Source of the DNA: Coriobacteriia bacterium | GTDB lineage: Bacteria; Actinomycetota; Coriobacteriia; Anaerosomatales; PALSA-660 | NCBI GenBank assembly: GCA_023252055.1 | Contig: JAHEXP010000015.1 | Coordinates: forward strand, 1-31,433 | Reading direction: 5' to 3' | DNA length: 31,433 nt | Shown: piece after piece, positions 1 to 7,186 of the stretch | Numbering within the stretch: the stretch's first letter is position 1 | Layout: every line of letters begins with the position of its first letter | Notes under the pieces: generated by a model | Told to the model about the DNA's origin: nothing | Databases searched by the model: none | What the model saw: only the letters and a program-made list of their open reading frames with translations | Position numbers and translations under genes: made by a program

Positions 1-880
1 GCTCCCCCACATGCACCGCCCCGAGCAGCGAGAACCCGCTCGCGTCCACGGATGGCTCGCTCCCCGCCATCACCGCGGCCAGGCCCTCAGCCACGCACAC
101 GATCCCGTAGTGCTTCCCCGCCGCCTCGCGATGCAACATGAGCGCGGCGAGTCCTTCGGCGTATGCGTCGATGTCGAAGGCACCGTCGACGTCCTCCACG
201 GACAGCATCCGCGTGGCCTCACCCGCGATACCTGCCGCGTAGGTGAGCCAGCCGGCCTGGCGGCCCATGAGCTCCAGCACGTACCAGGTGCTGGTGGACT
301 GGGCGTCAGCGCCGAGGTTGCGTATCTCACGGGCCGCGAAGTCGGCGGCGGAGTGGAACCCGAAGGTCCAGTCGATGCCGTGATAGTCGTTGTCGATCGT
401 CTTCGGCAGATGCACGACCTCGACCTTGTGGCCTCCGGGGACGAGCTGCTGGTAGCGGTGGAGGTGGTTCGCGGTCCGCAGCGTCTCGTCCCCGCCGATG
501 GAGATGAGCGCGTCGATGCCGAGCTCCTCGGCTGCCGCCAGGATCGAGATGACCGCCCCGTTGCGAGCGGGATCGACGAGGTCGGCTTCAGAGTCGATTC
601 CGCGACTGGGGTTCGAGTGTGAGGTGCGCAGGAGCACGCTCTTGCGGTTCCGGATCCCGGAAACGTCCGCGACTCCCAGCCGAAGGTAGTGCTTGCCCGC
701 GTGGAGCCGGTCGCCCGGCTGGAAGCCCTCGAGGTGCGTGTAGCCGTCGAGTATCCCGACGACGTCGAGGCCGGCATCCAGGAACGACAGCGCGCACGCG
801 GAGATGACGGCGTTGGCCGCGGGTGCGGGCCCGCCGGAGAACACGATTCCGACGCACCGGATCCCGTGTGTTGGTTCCAT
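1..880 (-). CDS. pfk: 6-phosphofructokinase (PFK-A family), C-terminally truncated by window start; motifs suggest a PPi-dependent type
   Basis: Minus-strand ATG at 880, reading frame open to position 1 with no stop inside the window. Translation MEPTHGIRCVGIVFSGGPAPAANAVISACALSFLDAGLDVVGILDGY...ISIGGDETLRTANHL...VVHLPKTIDNDYHGID matches the PFK N-terminal nucleotide-binding motif (GG.AP..N) and the GGD and PKTIDND active-site motifs. Not listed in the ORF track because it is open-ended. Confidence 0.8.
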   Translation of the reverse strand, partial: MEPTHGIRCVGIVFSGGPAPAANAVISACALSFLDAGLDVVGILDGYTHLEGFQPGDRLHAGKHYLRLGVADVSGIRNRKSVLLRTSHSNPSRGIDSEADLVDPARNGAVISILAAAEELGIDALISIGGDETLRTANHLHRYQQLVPGGHKVEVVHLPKTIDNDYHGIDWTFGFHSAADFAAREIRNLGADAQSTSTWYVLELMGRQAGWLTYAAGIAGEATRMLSVEDVDGAFDIDAYAEGLAALMLHREAAGKHYGIVCVAEGLAAVMAGSEPSVDASGFSLLGAVHVGE

Positions 881-959
881 GCCTGTCACGACCCCTCCCG
901 CGGCGATGGGATGCGGCGCGCGGGTGCGCGGACGCCTTCTCGCTCGTCGAGGAAGAAGT

Positions 960-1931
960 CTACTCCCCCGCGTACGCCCCGATGGCGCGCAGGCGGCTGT
1001 AGCGTGCCTCCACGAGCGCGTCGGGCGCGATCGGCGAAAGCTCGCCGAGCGTGCGCCCGATCGCGCCGCGCACCGAAGCGAAGGTCGCGGCGGGATCGCG
1101 GTGAGCGCCGCCGAGCGGCTCGCACACGACCTCGTCGGCCAGGCCGAGGCGCAGGAGGTCTTGCGCCGTCAACTGCAGGCAGGCGGAAGTCTCGGAGGCG
1201 CGCCGGGCGTCCTTGTGCAGGATCGTCGCGCACATCTCGGGACTGATGACCGAGTAGTAGGCGTTCTCGAGCATGATGAGGCGGTCGCCGAACCCGATCG
1301 CGAGCGCACCGCCGCTGCCGCCCTCGCCGATCCCCACGACCACGACCGGAACACGGACTTGCGAGAGCGCCGCCAGGCACTCAGCGATAGCGAGCGCCTG
1401 GCCGCGGTCCTCCGCCTCGATGCCCGGATAGGCACCGGCCGTGTCGAGGAAGCTCACGATCGGAAGGCCGAATCGGTCCGCCAGGTGCATGAGGCGCTCC
1501 GCCTTGCGGAAGCCCTCGGGGTGCGGCGAGCCGAAGTTGCGGCGGATGTTCTCGTTGGTGTTCTTGCCTTTGCGATGCCCCAGCACAGCCACGCGCCTGC
1601 CGTCGAGCGTGGCGAGACCGGCGAACATCGCCTCGTCGTCGCGGAACAGGCGATCGCCGTGAAGTTCGATGACGTCGGTGAACAGCGCCTCGATGTAGTC
1701 GTCGGTCTTCGGGCGCTCCGGGTGCCGCGAGATCTGCACGCGCTCCCACGGGGTGAGCGCTGTGTAGAGCGTCTGGTGCAGGCGGCCGATCTCCGCCTCC
1801 AACTCGCCGATCTCCGCGGCCAGTTCGGGCTGCTCGCTGACATCCACGCGCTTCAGGGATGCCAGCTTCTGCTCGAGTTCCTCGAGCGGCCGCTCGAACT
1901 CCATCACGAATCTCCTCGCCACGTCACTCAT
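960..1931 (-). CDS. accA: acetyl-CoA carboxylase carboxyltransferase subunit alpha
   Basis: ORF 960..1976 minus. The internal Met at MSDVARRFVMEFERPLEELE...LDTAGAYPGIEAEDRGQA...GEGGSGGALAIG is the typical AccA N-terminus and carboxyltransferase signature. The start overlaps the accD stop by about 8 nt. Confidence 0.9.
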   Translation of the reverse strand: MSDVARRFVMEFERPLEELEQKLASLKRVDVSEQPELAAEIGELEAEIGRLHQTLYTALTPWERVQISRHPERPKTDDYIEALFTDVIELHGDRLFRDDEAMFAGLATLDGRRVAVLGHRKGKNTNENIRRNFGSPHPEGFRKAERLMHLADRFGLPIVSFLDTAGAYPGIEAEDRGQALAIAECLAALSQVRVPVVVVGIGEGGSGGALAIGFGDRLIMLENAYYSVISPEMCATILHKDARRASETSACLQLTAQDLLRLGLADEVVCEPLGGAHRDPAATFASVRGAIGRTLGELSPIAPDALVEARYSRLRAIGAYAGE

Positions 1932-2793
1932 CACCCGAGCCCAGGTACGCGAGCAGCGACCCGACGGTCGCGGCAAGCTCGCGGCGGTCGACCACCATGT
2001 CGATCATGCCGTTGGCCAGAAGCGCCTCGGCGGACTGGAACCCCTTGGGAAGCGTCTTGCGGATCGTCTGCTCCACCACGCGCGGTCCCGCGAAGCCGAT
2101 GAGCGCCCCCGGTTCGGCGATCAGGACATCCGCCAGGGTCGCGAAGGAGGCGGTCACGCCGCCCATGGTCGGGTTCGTGAGGATGGCGATGTAGGGAACG
2201 CGGGCCTCGGCCAGACGGGCCGCGGCGGCGGACGTCTTCGCCATCTGCATGAGCGAGAGCATCCCCTCCTGCATGCGGGCGCCGCCCGACGCGGTGACCA
2301 GGACGAGCGGCGTGCGCAGCTGGAGGGCGCGCTCGAAGGCGCGGGTGATCTTCTCGCCGACCACCGAGCCCATCGACGCGCCGATGAAGCGGAAGTCCAT
2401 CGCGCCCACGACCACGGCGTGCCCACCGATCGCGGCGGTGCCGCTGATGAAACCTTCATTGAGCCCGGTGCGCTCCTCGGCGGCCGCGATCTGGTCCACG
2501 TAGGCCTTGCCCGAGGTGAAGTCGAGCGGGTCGGTGGAGCGCATGCCCGCGTCCGCCTCAACGAACGATCCCTCGTCGAGGAGCATCGCGAGGCGCTCGG
2601 GAGCGGTGATGTCGTGGTGCTTGCCACATGACGGGCAGACCATCTCAGAGCGCTCGAGATCACCCATGTACAGGGTGCGCTTGCATCCTTCGCATCGCAC
2701 CCAGACACCGTCGGGGACATCCGCGGTCGGCACCGCGGTGGGGGTCGTGTAGCGGCGCTGCTCGCGCGCCTTGAACCAATCTGAGATCGGCAT
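1924..2793 (-). CDS. accD: acetyl-CoA carboxylase carboxyltransferase subunit beta (with N-terminal C4 zinc ribbon)
   Basis: ORF 1924..2904 minus. The likely true start is MPISDWFKAREQ at 2793, by alignment logic to the AccD N-terminus. CEGC...CPSC zinc finger is present. ...GGARMQEG.LSLMQMAKTSAA...GPRVVEQT is the AccD signature. Confidence 0.9.
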   Translation of the reverse strand: MPISDWFKAREQRRYTTPTAVPTADVPDGVWVRCEGCKRTLYMGDLERSEMVCPSCGKHHDITAPERLAMLLDEGSFVEADAGMRSTDPLDFTSGKAYVDQIAAAEERTGLNEGFISGTAAIGGHAVVVGAMDFRFIGASMGSVVGEKITRAFERALQLRTPLVLVTASGGARMQEGMLSLMQMAKTSAAAARLAEARVPYIAILTNPTMGGVTASFATLADVLIAEPGALIGFAGPRVVEQTIRKTLPKGFQSAEALLANGMIDMVVDRRELAATVGSLLAYLGSGDE

Positions 2794-2941
2794 CCGCCAG
2801 CCGTTCGGTTGAGAGTCTTCACAGGTGGCGCCTCGCTGGGAGGCGGCGCATCGAAGCATGATACCACCGTGAACCCCCACCCCACCCCCAGTGTACGGAG
2901 GCACGGTGGACGCACTGGAACCGCTGCTCCGCGAAGTTGGA

Positions 2942-2968
2942 GTGATGGCCCCATGAAGGGGCCATCAC
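2942..2968. other. perfect 11-bp inverted repeat (GTGATGGCCCC atgaa GGGGCCATCAC) between fba and accD; possible terminator or attenuator hairpin
   Basis: Palindrome read directly from the sequence. No clear U-tract on the minus strand, so its terminator function is uncertain. Confidence 0.3.
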
Positions 2969-3004
2969 GTTCTGAGCGGGTCAGCGGTCCCAGTGCGGCG
3001 CGCC

Positions 3005-3943
3005 CTAGATGGTGAAGTCCTTCTCGCCCTTGAACACGGCGACGGCCTCGGGAAGGCCCGCATCGCCGAGCGTAATCGCACTGATCGCCTTGGTGAGGCG
3101 GACAGCCTCTTCCAGCGGGCGCTGGTGGATGTTGCGGCCGGTCGCGTTACCGATCGCCCCACCGATGTGGATCTGCTCCCACAGCTGGTTCAGGAAGATC
3201 TCGGCGTCGACGGTCGACCCGCCGGCGCACACCAGCCCGGTGCGGCCCGCGGCCTTGGTGGCCTCCTCGAGCAGCACGGCCGAGGATGCAGCGTCGGTCT
3301 TCTTCGGCGGGTTGACCTTCACGAAGTCGGCCCCGATGCAGCAGGCGGCGCCGGCGGCGCCGGCGATCAGGTGCGGGTCCTTCTCGTCGGTGACGGCCTT
3401 GCCGCGCGGGTAGATCCACAGCACGACGAGCAGGCCCACTGAGTGGGCGTCGGCGATGAGCTGTGCAGCCTCGGTCATCATCTGCGACTCGTACTCGCTG
3501 CCCAGGTAGATCGTGTAGCCGATGCCGACCACGTTCACGCCGTTCTCGACGAGGTCGAGGATGGTGGCGAGGTCGTAGAGCTGCGGCGAGTACGGGTCCT
3601 CCTGCTTGACGTTGACCAGGTGCGTCTTGCTGTTCATCTTCACGAGGTAGTTGATGTCGGGATAGTCGGCTGCGTACTGGGCGATGAGGCCGCGCTGCCC
3701 GGCGAGGATACCGATCGTGCCCTTGGAGCCGATCTCGAACAGGTGCATCGGGCTGGCGTCGTCCGCCGAGATCCCGGGACCGTAGAAGTCGTCGTTCAGG
3801 TGCTCGACCTTCTGGTCGCAGGCGAACAGCATGAGGCGGCCGGTGCCGCGCGTCGCCTTCATGTAGTTGTCGACGAACGTCTCGCGCATGGATGCGGGGA
3901 CGTCGGCGGGGACGCGCACCTGCTCACGGGTGATGCTGGGCAT
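3005..3943 (-). CDS. fbaB: class I fructose-bisphosphate aldolase, DhnA/FbaB (archaeal-type) family
   Basis: ORF 3005..4036 minus, likely starting at MPSITREQ (3943), with a GGAGGG SD upstream. Motifs ...TIYLGSEYESQMMTEAAQLIADAHSVGLLVVLWIYPRGKA... and ...GADFVKV...GRTGLVCAGG... resemble E. coli FbaB / DhnA-type aldolases. ADH synthase of the same superfamily is not fully excluded. Confidence 0.7.
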   Translation of the reverse strand: MPSITREQVRVPADVPASMRETFVDNYMKATRGTGRLMLFACDQKVEHLNDDFYGPGISADDASPMHLFEIGSKGTIGILAGQRGLIAQYAADYPDINYLVKMNSKTHLVNVKQEDPYSPQLYDLATILDLVENGVNVVGIGYTIYLGSEYESQMMTEAAQLIADAHSVGLLVVLWIYPRGKAVTDEKDPHLIAGAAGAACCIGADFVKVNPPKKTDAASSAVLLEEATKAAGRTGLVCAGGSTVDAEIFLNQLWEQIHIGGAIGNATGRNIHQRPLEEAVRLTKAISAITLGDAGLPEAVAVFKGEKDFTI

Positions 3944-4092
3944 CTTGGTTCCCTCCTCGATACGGTCTCGGGCAGCGATTCGGCTGCCCGACTCAATGCC
4001 ACACACAGGGTAGGTCAACGCCACGTACGGCGCCACACCGTTCCTGCCCCTCCATGCGGCCCCTGCAACGCCGCCGGCTGCTGCCGGAGGCC

Positions 4093-4572
4093 CTAGCGCA
4101 GCGGAAGCTCCATGCGGACATGCGGGAGGAATGTTCGGCCCATCCGGAACGGGCCTTCGGTCACCCGGAAGCCGATCCGTTCGTACAGGCCCACCGCCCT
4201 CGCCCGTGCGTTGAGGAACGCGAACGGGAGCCCGTTCGTCCTCGCGCGATCGACCGCGACCGTCACGAGCTGGCTTGCGATCCCACGCCCCCGGTACGCG
4301 GCAGCGACGCTCACCTGCCGCACGTGGCCGCCGCCGCCCTCCTCGATCAGGCGCACGTAGCCCGCAAGCACATCGCCGTCGAGGGCGACGAAGTGGGTGG
4401 AGCGGGGGTCGGCCTCGTTCCAGACGTCGTTGCGCGTGACCCCGAACGGCCGGTGCAGGGTCTCGTAGCAGAGGTCGCGCACGTGCAGGAGGACCGGATC
4501 GGCGGCCGGGACCTCGCGGATCTCGATGCCGTCGGGGCGCACGAACGGCGCCCGCGCGGAGTCGGCCGGCAC
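4093..4572 (-). CDS. GNAT family N-acetyltransferase (probable GTG start just downstream of nadE stop)
   Basis: C-terminal 160 aa of ORF 4093..5031 minus: ...IEIREVPAADPVLLHVRDLCYETL...HFVALDGDVLAGYVRLIEEGGGGHVRQVSVAAAYRGRGIASQLVTVAVDRARTNGLPFAFLNARARAVGLYERIGF is a GNAT acetyl-CoA binding fold. The upstream part of that ORF is an out-of-frame overlap with nadE. An in-frame GTG sits at about 4572, 6 nt after the nadE stop. Confidence 0.55.
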   Translation of the reverse strand: MPADSARAPFVRPDGIEIREVPAADPVLLHVRDLCYETLHRPFGVTRNDVWNEADPRSTHFVALDGDVLAGYVRLIEEGGGGHVRQVSVAAAYRGRGIASQLVTVAVDRARTNGLPFAFLNARARAVGLYERIGFRVTEGPFRMGRTFLPHVRMELPLR

Positions 4573-4577
4573 GCGCT

Positions 4578-6206
4578 TCAGCCCCGGAACCGGTTGGTTA
4601 CCGGCATCCTGCGGTCCTTGCCGAACGCCTTCGGCGTCACGCGGATGCCGAGCGGCCCCTGGCGACGCTTGTACTCCGCAGCGTCGACCATGCGGGTCAC
4701 CCGCTCCACCGTCGCCCGGTCGGCGCCTCCGGCCACGATCTCGTCCACCGATGCATCGTGCTCCACGTACTCGCGCAGGATCGGATCCAGCACGTCGTAG
4801 GCGGGAAGCGAGTCGGTGTCCGCCTGGCCCGGGCGGAGCTCCGCCGATGGGGGCTTGACGATGCTCGCCACCGGGATCACCTCGCGCAGCCTGTTGCGCC
4901 AGTGCGCGAGTTCGTAGACGCGGGTCTTGTACAGGTCCTTGATGGGGGCGAAACCGCCCACCATGTCGCCGTACAGTGTGGAGTAGCCGACGGAGAGCTC
5001 CGATTTGTTGCCGGTGGCGAGCACGATCCACCCGAACTTGTTGGACAGCGCCATCAGGAGGGTCCCGCGGACCCTCGCCTGCAGGTTCTCCTCGGCAACA
5101 TCCGGATCCAGGTCGTCGAACGAGGCCGCGAGCGTCCCGAGCAGGGCCGAGAACCCCTCCTCGATGGACAGCACGCGGGACTCGATACCGAGGTTACCGG
5201 CGAGCGTGCGGGCATCCTCGATGCTGCCGGGCGACGAGTACCGCGAGGGCAGCATGACACCGTGCACGTGCTCCCGCCCCAGCGCATCCACCGCGAGTGC
5301 CGCTGTGAGCGCCGAATCGATGCCGCCGGACAGGCCGATCACCGCATCACTGAACCCGTTCTTGCGGAAGTAGTCCGACAATCCCACGACGAGCGCCTGC
5401 CAGACCTCCTCGTGCCCTCCCATCAGCGGCTCCTCACGAACCGGCGATGGTGCCGCCGGGACGTCGGCGATGAGCAGATCGGGCGCGAACGCGTGTGCAC
5501 GTCCGATCACCCGACCCTGCGGATCGATGAGCACCGAGCGGCCGTCGAAGACGAGTTCGTCCTGACCGCCCACGAGGTTGCAGTAGACGAGGTGCACGCC
5601 GTTGCGGCTCGCCCGCTCCGACAGCATGTCCTCGCGGTCGCTCCCCTTCCCCGCGTGGAACGGGGATGCTGAGATGTTGAGCACCACTGTTGCGCCGAGT
5701 GCCGCCGCTTCCTCCACGAGTTCCGGCACCCAGACGTCCTCGCAGATCGTCACAGCGCACACCACGCCGTCGGACTCCACCAGAAGCGGGCGGTCGCCGG
5801 GCTCGAAGTAGCGCTCTTCGTCGAACACGCCGTAGTTGGGGAGCCGTCGCTTGTGGTAGACCCCCTGGACCGCGCCACCCGAGAGCACGGCGGCCGCGTT
5901 GTAGAGGTGGCCGTCGGCGGCGTCCACGAAGCCGACGATCGCGATAAGCCCATCGCACTCCAACGCCAGCCGGTCGAGGACGAGGCGCGTGTCGCGCACG
6001 AAACGGGCGCGTCCGATGAGGTCTTCGGGCGGGTATCCCGTGAGCCCGAGTTCCGGCGTGAGCAGGATGTCCGCCCGCTCGATGCGCGCGGTGCGCGCGG
6101 CTGCGGCGATGAGTGCAGAGTTCCCGGCGAGGTCCCCGACGGTGGCGTCGATCTGAGCGAGTGCGATCCGTGGCACGGCTGTCGAATCCCTTCTCGGAAA
6201 CGTCAT
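4578..6206 (-). CDS. nadE: glutamine-dependent NAD(+) synthetase (N-terminal CN-hydrolase domain plus C-terminal NAD synthetase domain)
   Basis: ORF 4578..6293 minus. ...RIALAQIDATVGDL... (nitrilase-like domain), ...GLSGGIDSALTAALA... (PP-loop SGGxDS), ...VLATGNKSELSVGYSTLYGDMVGGFAPIKDLYKT.... The start is ATG 6206 (MTFPRR) or, better supported by an upstream GAAGGGA SD, the GTG at about 6176 (VPRIALAQ). Confidence 0.9.
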   Translation of the reverse strand: MTFPRRDSTAVPRIALAQIDATVGDLAGNSALIAAAARTARIERADILLTPELGLTGYPPEDLIGRARFVRDTRLVLDRLALECDGLIAIVGFVDAADGHLYNAAAVLSGGAVQGVYHKRRLPNYGVFDEERYFEPGDRPLLVESDGVVCAVTICEDVWVPELVEEAAALGATVVLNISASPFHAGKGSDREDMLSERASRNGVHLVYCNLVGGQDELVFDGRSVLIDPQGRVIGRAHAFAPDLLIADVPAAPSPVREEPLMGGHEEVWQALVVGLSDYFRKNGFSDAVIGLSGGIDSALTAALAVDALGREHVHGVMLPSRYSSPGSIEDARTLAGNLGIESRVLSIEEGFSALLGTLAASFDDLDPDVAEENLQARVRGTLLMALSNKFGWIVLATGNKSELSVGYSTLYGDMVGGFAPIKDLYKTRVYELAHWRNRLREVIPVASIVKPPSAELRPGQADTDSLPAYDVLDPILREYVEHDASVDEIVAGGADRATVERVTRMVDAAEYKRRQGPLGIRVTPKAFGKDRRMPVTNRFRG

Positions 6207-6294
6207 GTGCAGGGGGCTGCTCAAGCGTACCATTCGCCACCACTCTCCCGTGAACGGGTACAACCCCATCAAACCGAAGGGAGTGGGTCTCAAG

Positions 6295-6900
6295 ATGGCC
6301 TCGTTCTTCTATACCTCCGATGCGGGTTCTCTACGACGCACATGGGGGCCGTTGGTGGCGTGGGGCACGGTCGTGGCGGCCTTCGGGATCGTGGTCGCAG
6401 GCATGCCGGTCCTCACCGCGAGCATCCTGGTATTCCTCACAGGCATCGGATCCGTGGCAGCCGGGCTCGTGTGGGTGTCGTGGTCGATCTCGCTGCGGCG
6501 TGCGAGCGCGGGGTGGTGGGCGGTCTCCCTGATGCCGGGCGTCCTGCTGCTGGTGTTCGGCGCCTACGCGCTCCTGCAGCCAGGCGCGCTCGCGCAGTTC
6601 CTGTTCCGCGCGGCCGGTGCGATAGCGGTGGTCTGGGGCGTCGCCGACATGGTCGCCTCATGGCGCTGGCGGTCGTTCTTCGGCGTCTGGTGGATCAGGC
6701 TGCTGCGTGGCGTGCTGGTCGCGGGCGTGGGAGCGGTCGTGTTCCTCCTGCCCGTGGCGGGACTGGCGACCGCCGGCCTGCTCCTGGGACTGTGGTTCGC
6801 CGTGATCGGTGCGACGTCCATCGTGCTCGGGCTCGCCGCCCGCCGGCTGCCGAAGTCAGGGGGCGCGGCGGTCGTCGACCGCACCGCGATCGGATCTTAG
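6295..6900 (+). CDS. DUF308/HdeD-like integral membrane protein
   Basis: ORF 6205..6900 plus, likely starting at MASFFYTS (6295) with a GAAGGGAG SD. About six hydrophobic helices with a repeated G-rich helix pattern (AAGLVWVSWSI..., LLVFGAYALL..., AVVWGVADMVASWRW...) typical of HdeD/DUF308. It diverges from nadE. Confidence 0.65.
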   Translation: MASFFYTSDAGSLRRTWGPLVAWGTVVAAFGIVVAGMPVLTASILVFLTGIGSVAAGLVWVSWSISLRRASAGWWAVSLMPGVLLLVFGAYALLQPGALAQFLFRAAGAIAVVWGVADMVASWRWRSFFGVWWIRLLRGVLVAGVGAVVFLLPVAGLATAGLLLGLWFAVIGATSIVLGLAARRLPKSGGAAVVDRTAIGS

Positions 6901-6951
6901 ACACCTCCCCGCTCGGTCCCTGCACCGAGGGGGACTCCGTCCGTCGAAACG

Positions 6952-6979
6952 AAGGCCCGGTGCGAACGCACCGGGCCTT
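6952..6979 (+). terminator. intrinsic terminator hairpin after DUF308 gene (AAGGCCCGGTGCG aa CGCACCGGGCCTT followed by CTC)
   Basis: Perfect 13-bp stem with 2-nt loop about 50 nt after the stop at 6900. The U-tract is weak (TTCTC). Confidence 0.5.
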
Positions 6980-7186
6980 CTCGCGCGCCCGCGATGTCGT
7001 ATGGTGGCGTCGGGGGTCGTTTCGAGGGCGTTTTGGCGTCGCGCCGCCGCGCTACACGGATCCTTACCAGCTTCTGGTCGATTCTTGATACATCCTTGAG
7101 ATGTTCTTATGCGGCGCGACGGTAAGTACTCCCTCAACGCGACAACAGGTTCGCGCGGACTTTCGACCGAGGGGAAGGCACAAGCC

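Noticed and set aside
70-777. Minus-strand ORF 70..777 (235 aa, Ser/Thr/Arg-rich) and plus ORF 11..622 overlapping the pfk region.
   Set aside because: A different frame, or antisense, of the pfk gene. Low-complexity composition. The pfk frame (ATG 880 reading to the window start) has clear PFK motifs.
804-2102. Long plus-strand ORFs (for example 804..2102 432 aa, 5853..7088 411 aa, 10175..11383 402 aa, 12108..12728, 13191..14156, 14614..15663, 15524..16495, 17919..18938, 22282..24009 575 aa, 24109..25779 556 aa) and minus-strand 7220..8659 479 aa.
   Set aside because: All are antisense or frame-shifted shadows of well-supported genes (accA/accD, nadE, trpB2, his genes, dnaE, flotillin). Their translations are Arg/Ala/Gly/Pro-rich low-complexity with no recognisable motifs. 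This is the typical stop-codon-poor artefact of about 68% GC DNA.
3969-3990. Short hairpin CGGGCAGC gattcg GCTGCCCG in the fba 5' UTR, and a TTGACC -35-like hexamer nearby.
   Set aside because: It is only an 8-bp stem with no U-tract and no matching -10. It could be a leader structure, but the evidence is too weak to annotate as a feature.
4093-5031. ORF 4093..5031 minus taken at face value as a 312-aa protein.
   Set aside because: Its N-terminal two-thirds are an out-of-frame overlap with the nadE C-terminal region (Arg/Gly/Pro-rich junk). Only the C-terminal about 160 aa form a coherent GNAT domain. It is reinterpreted as a short GNAT gene with a GTG start after the nadE stop.
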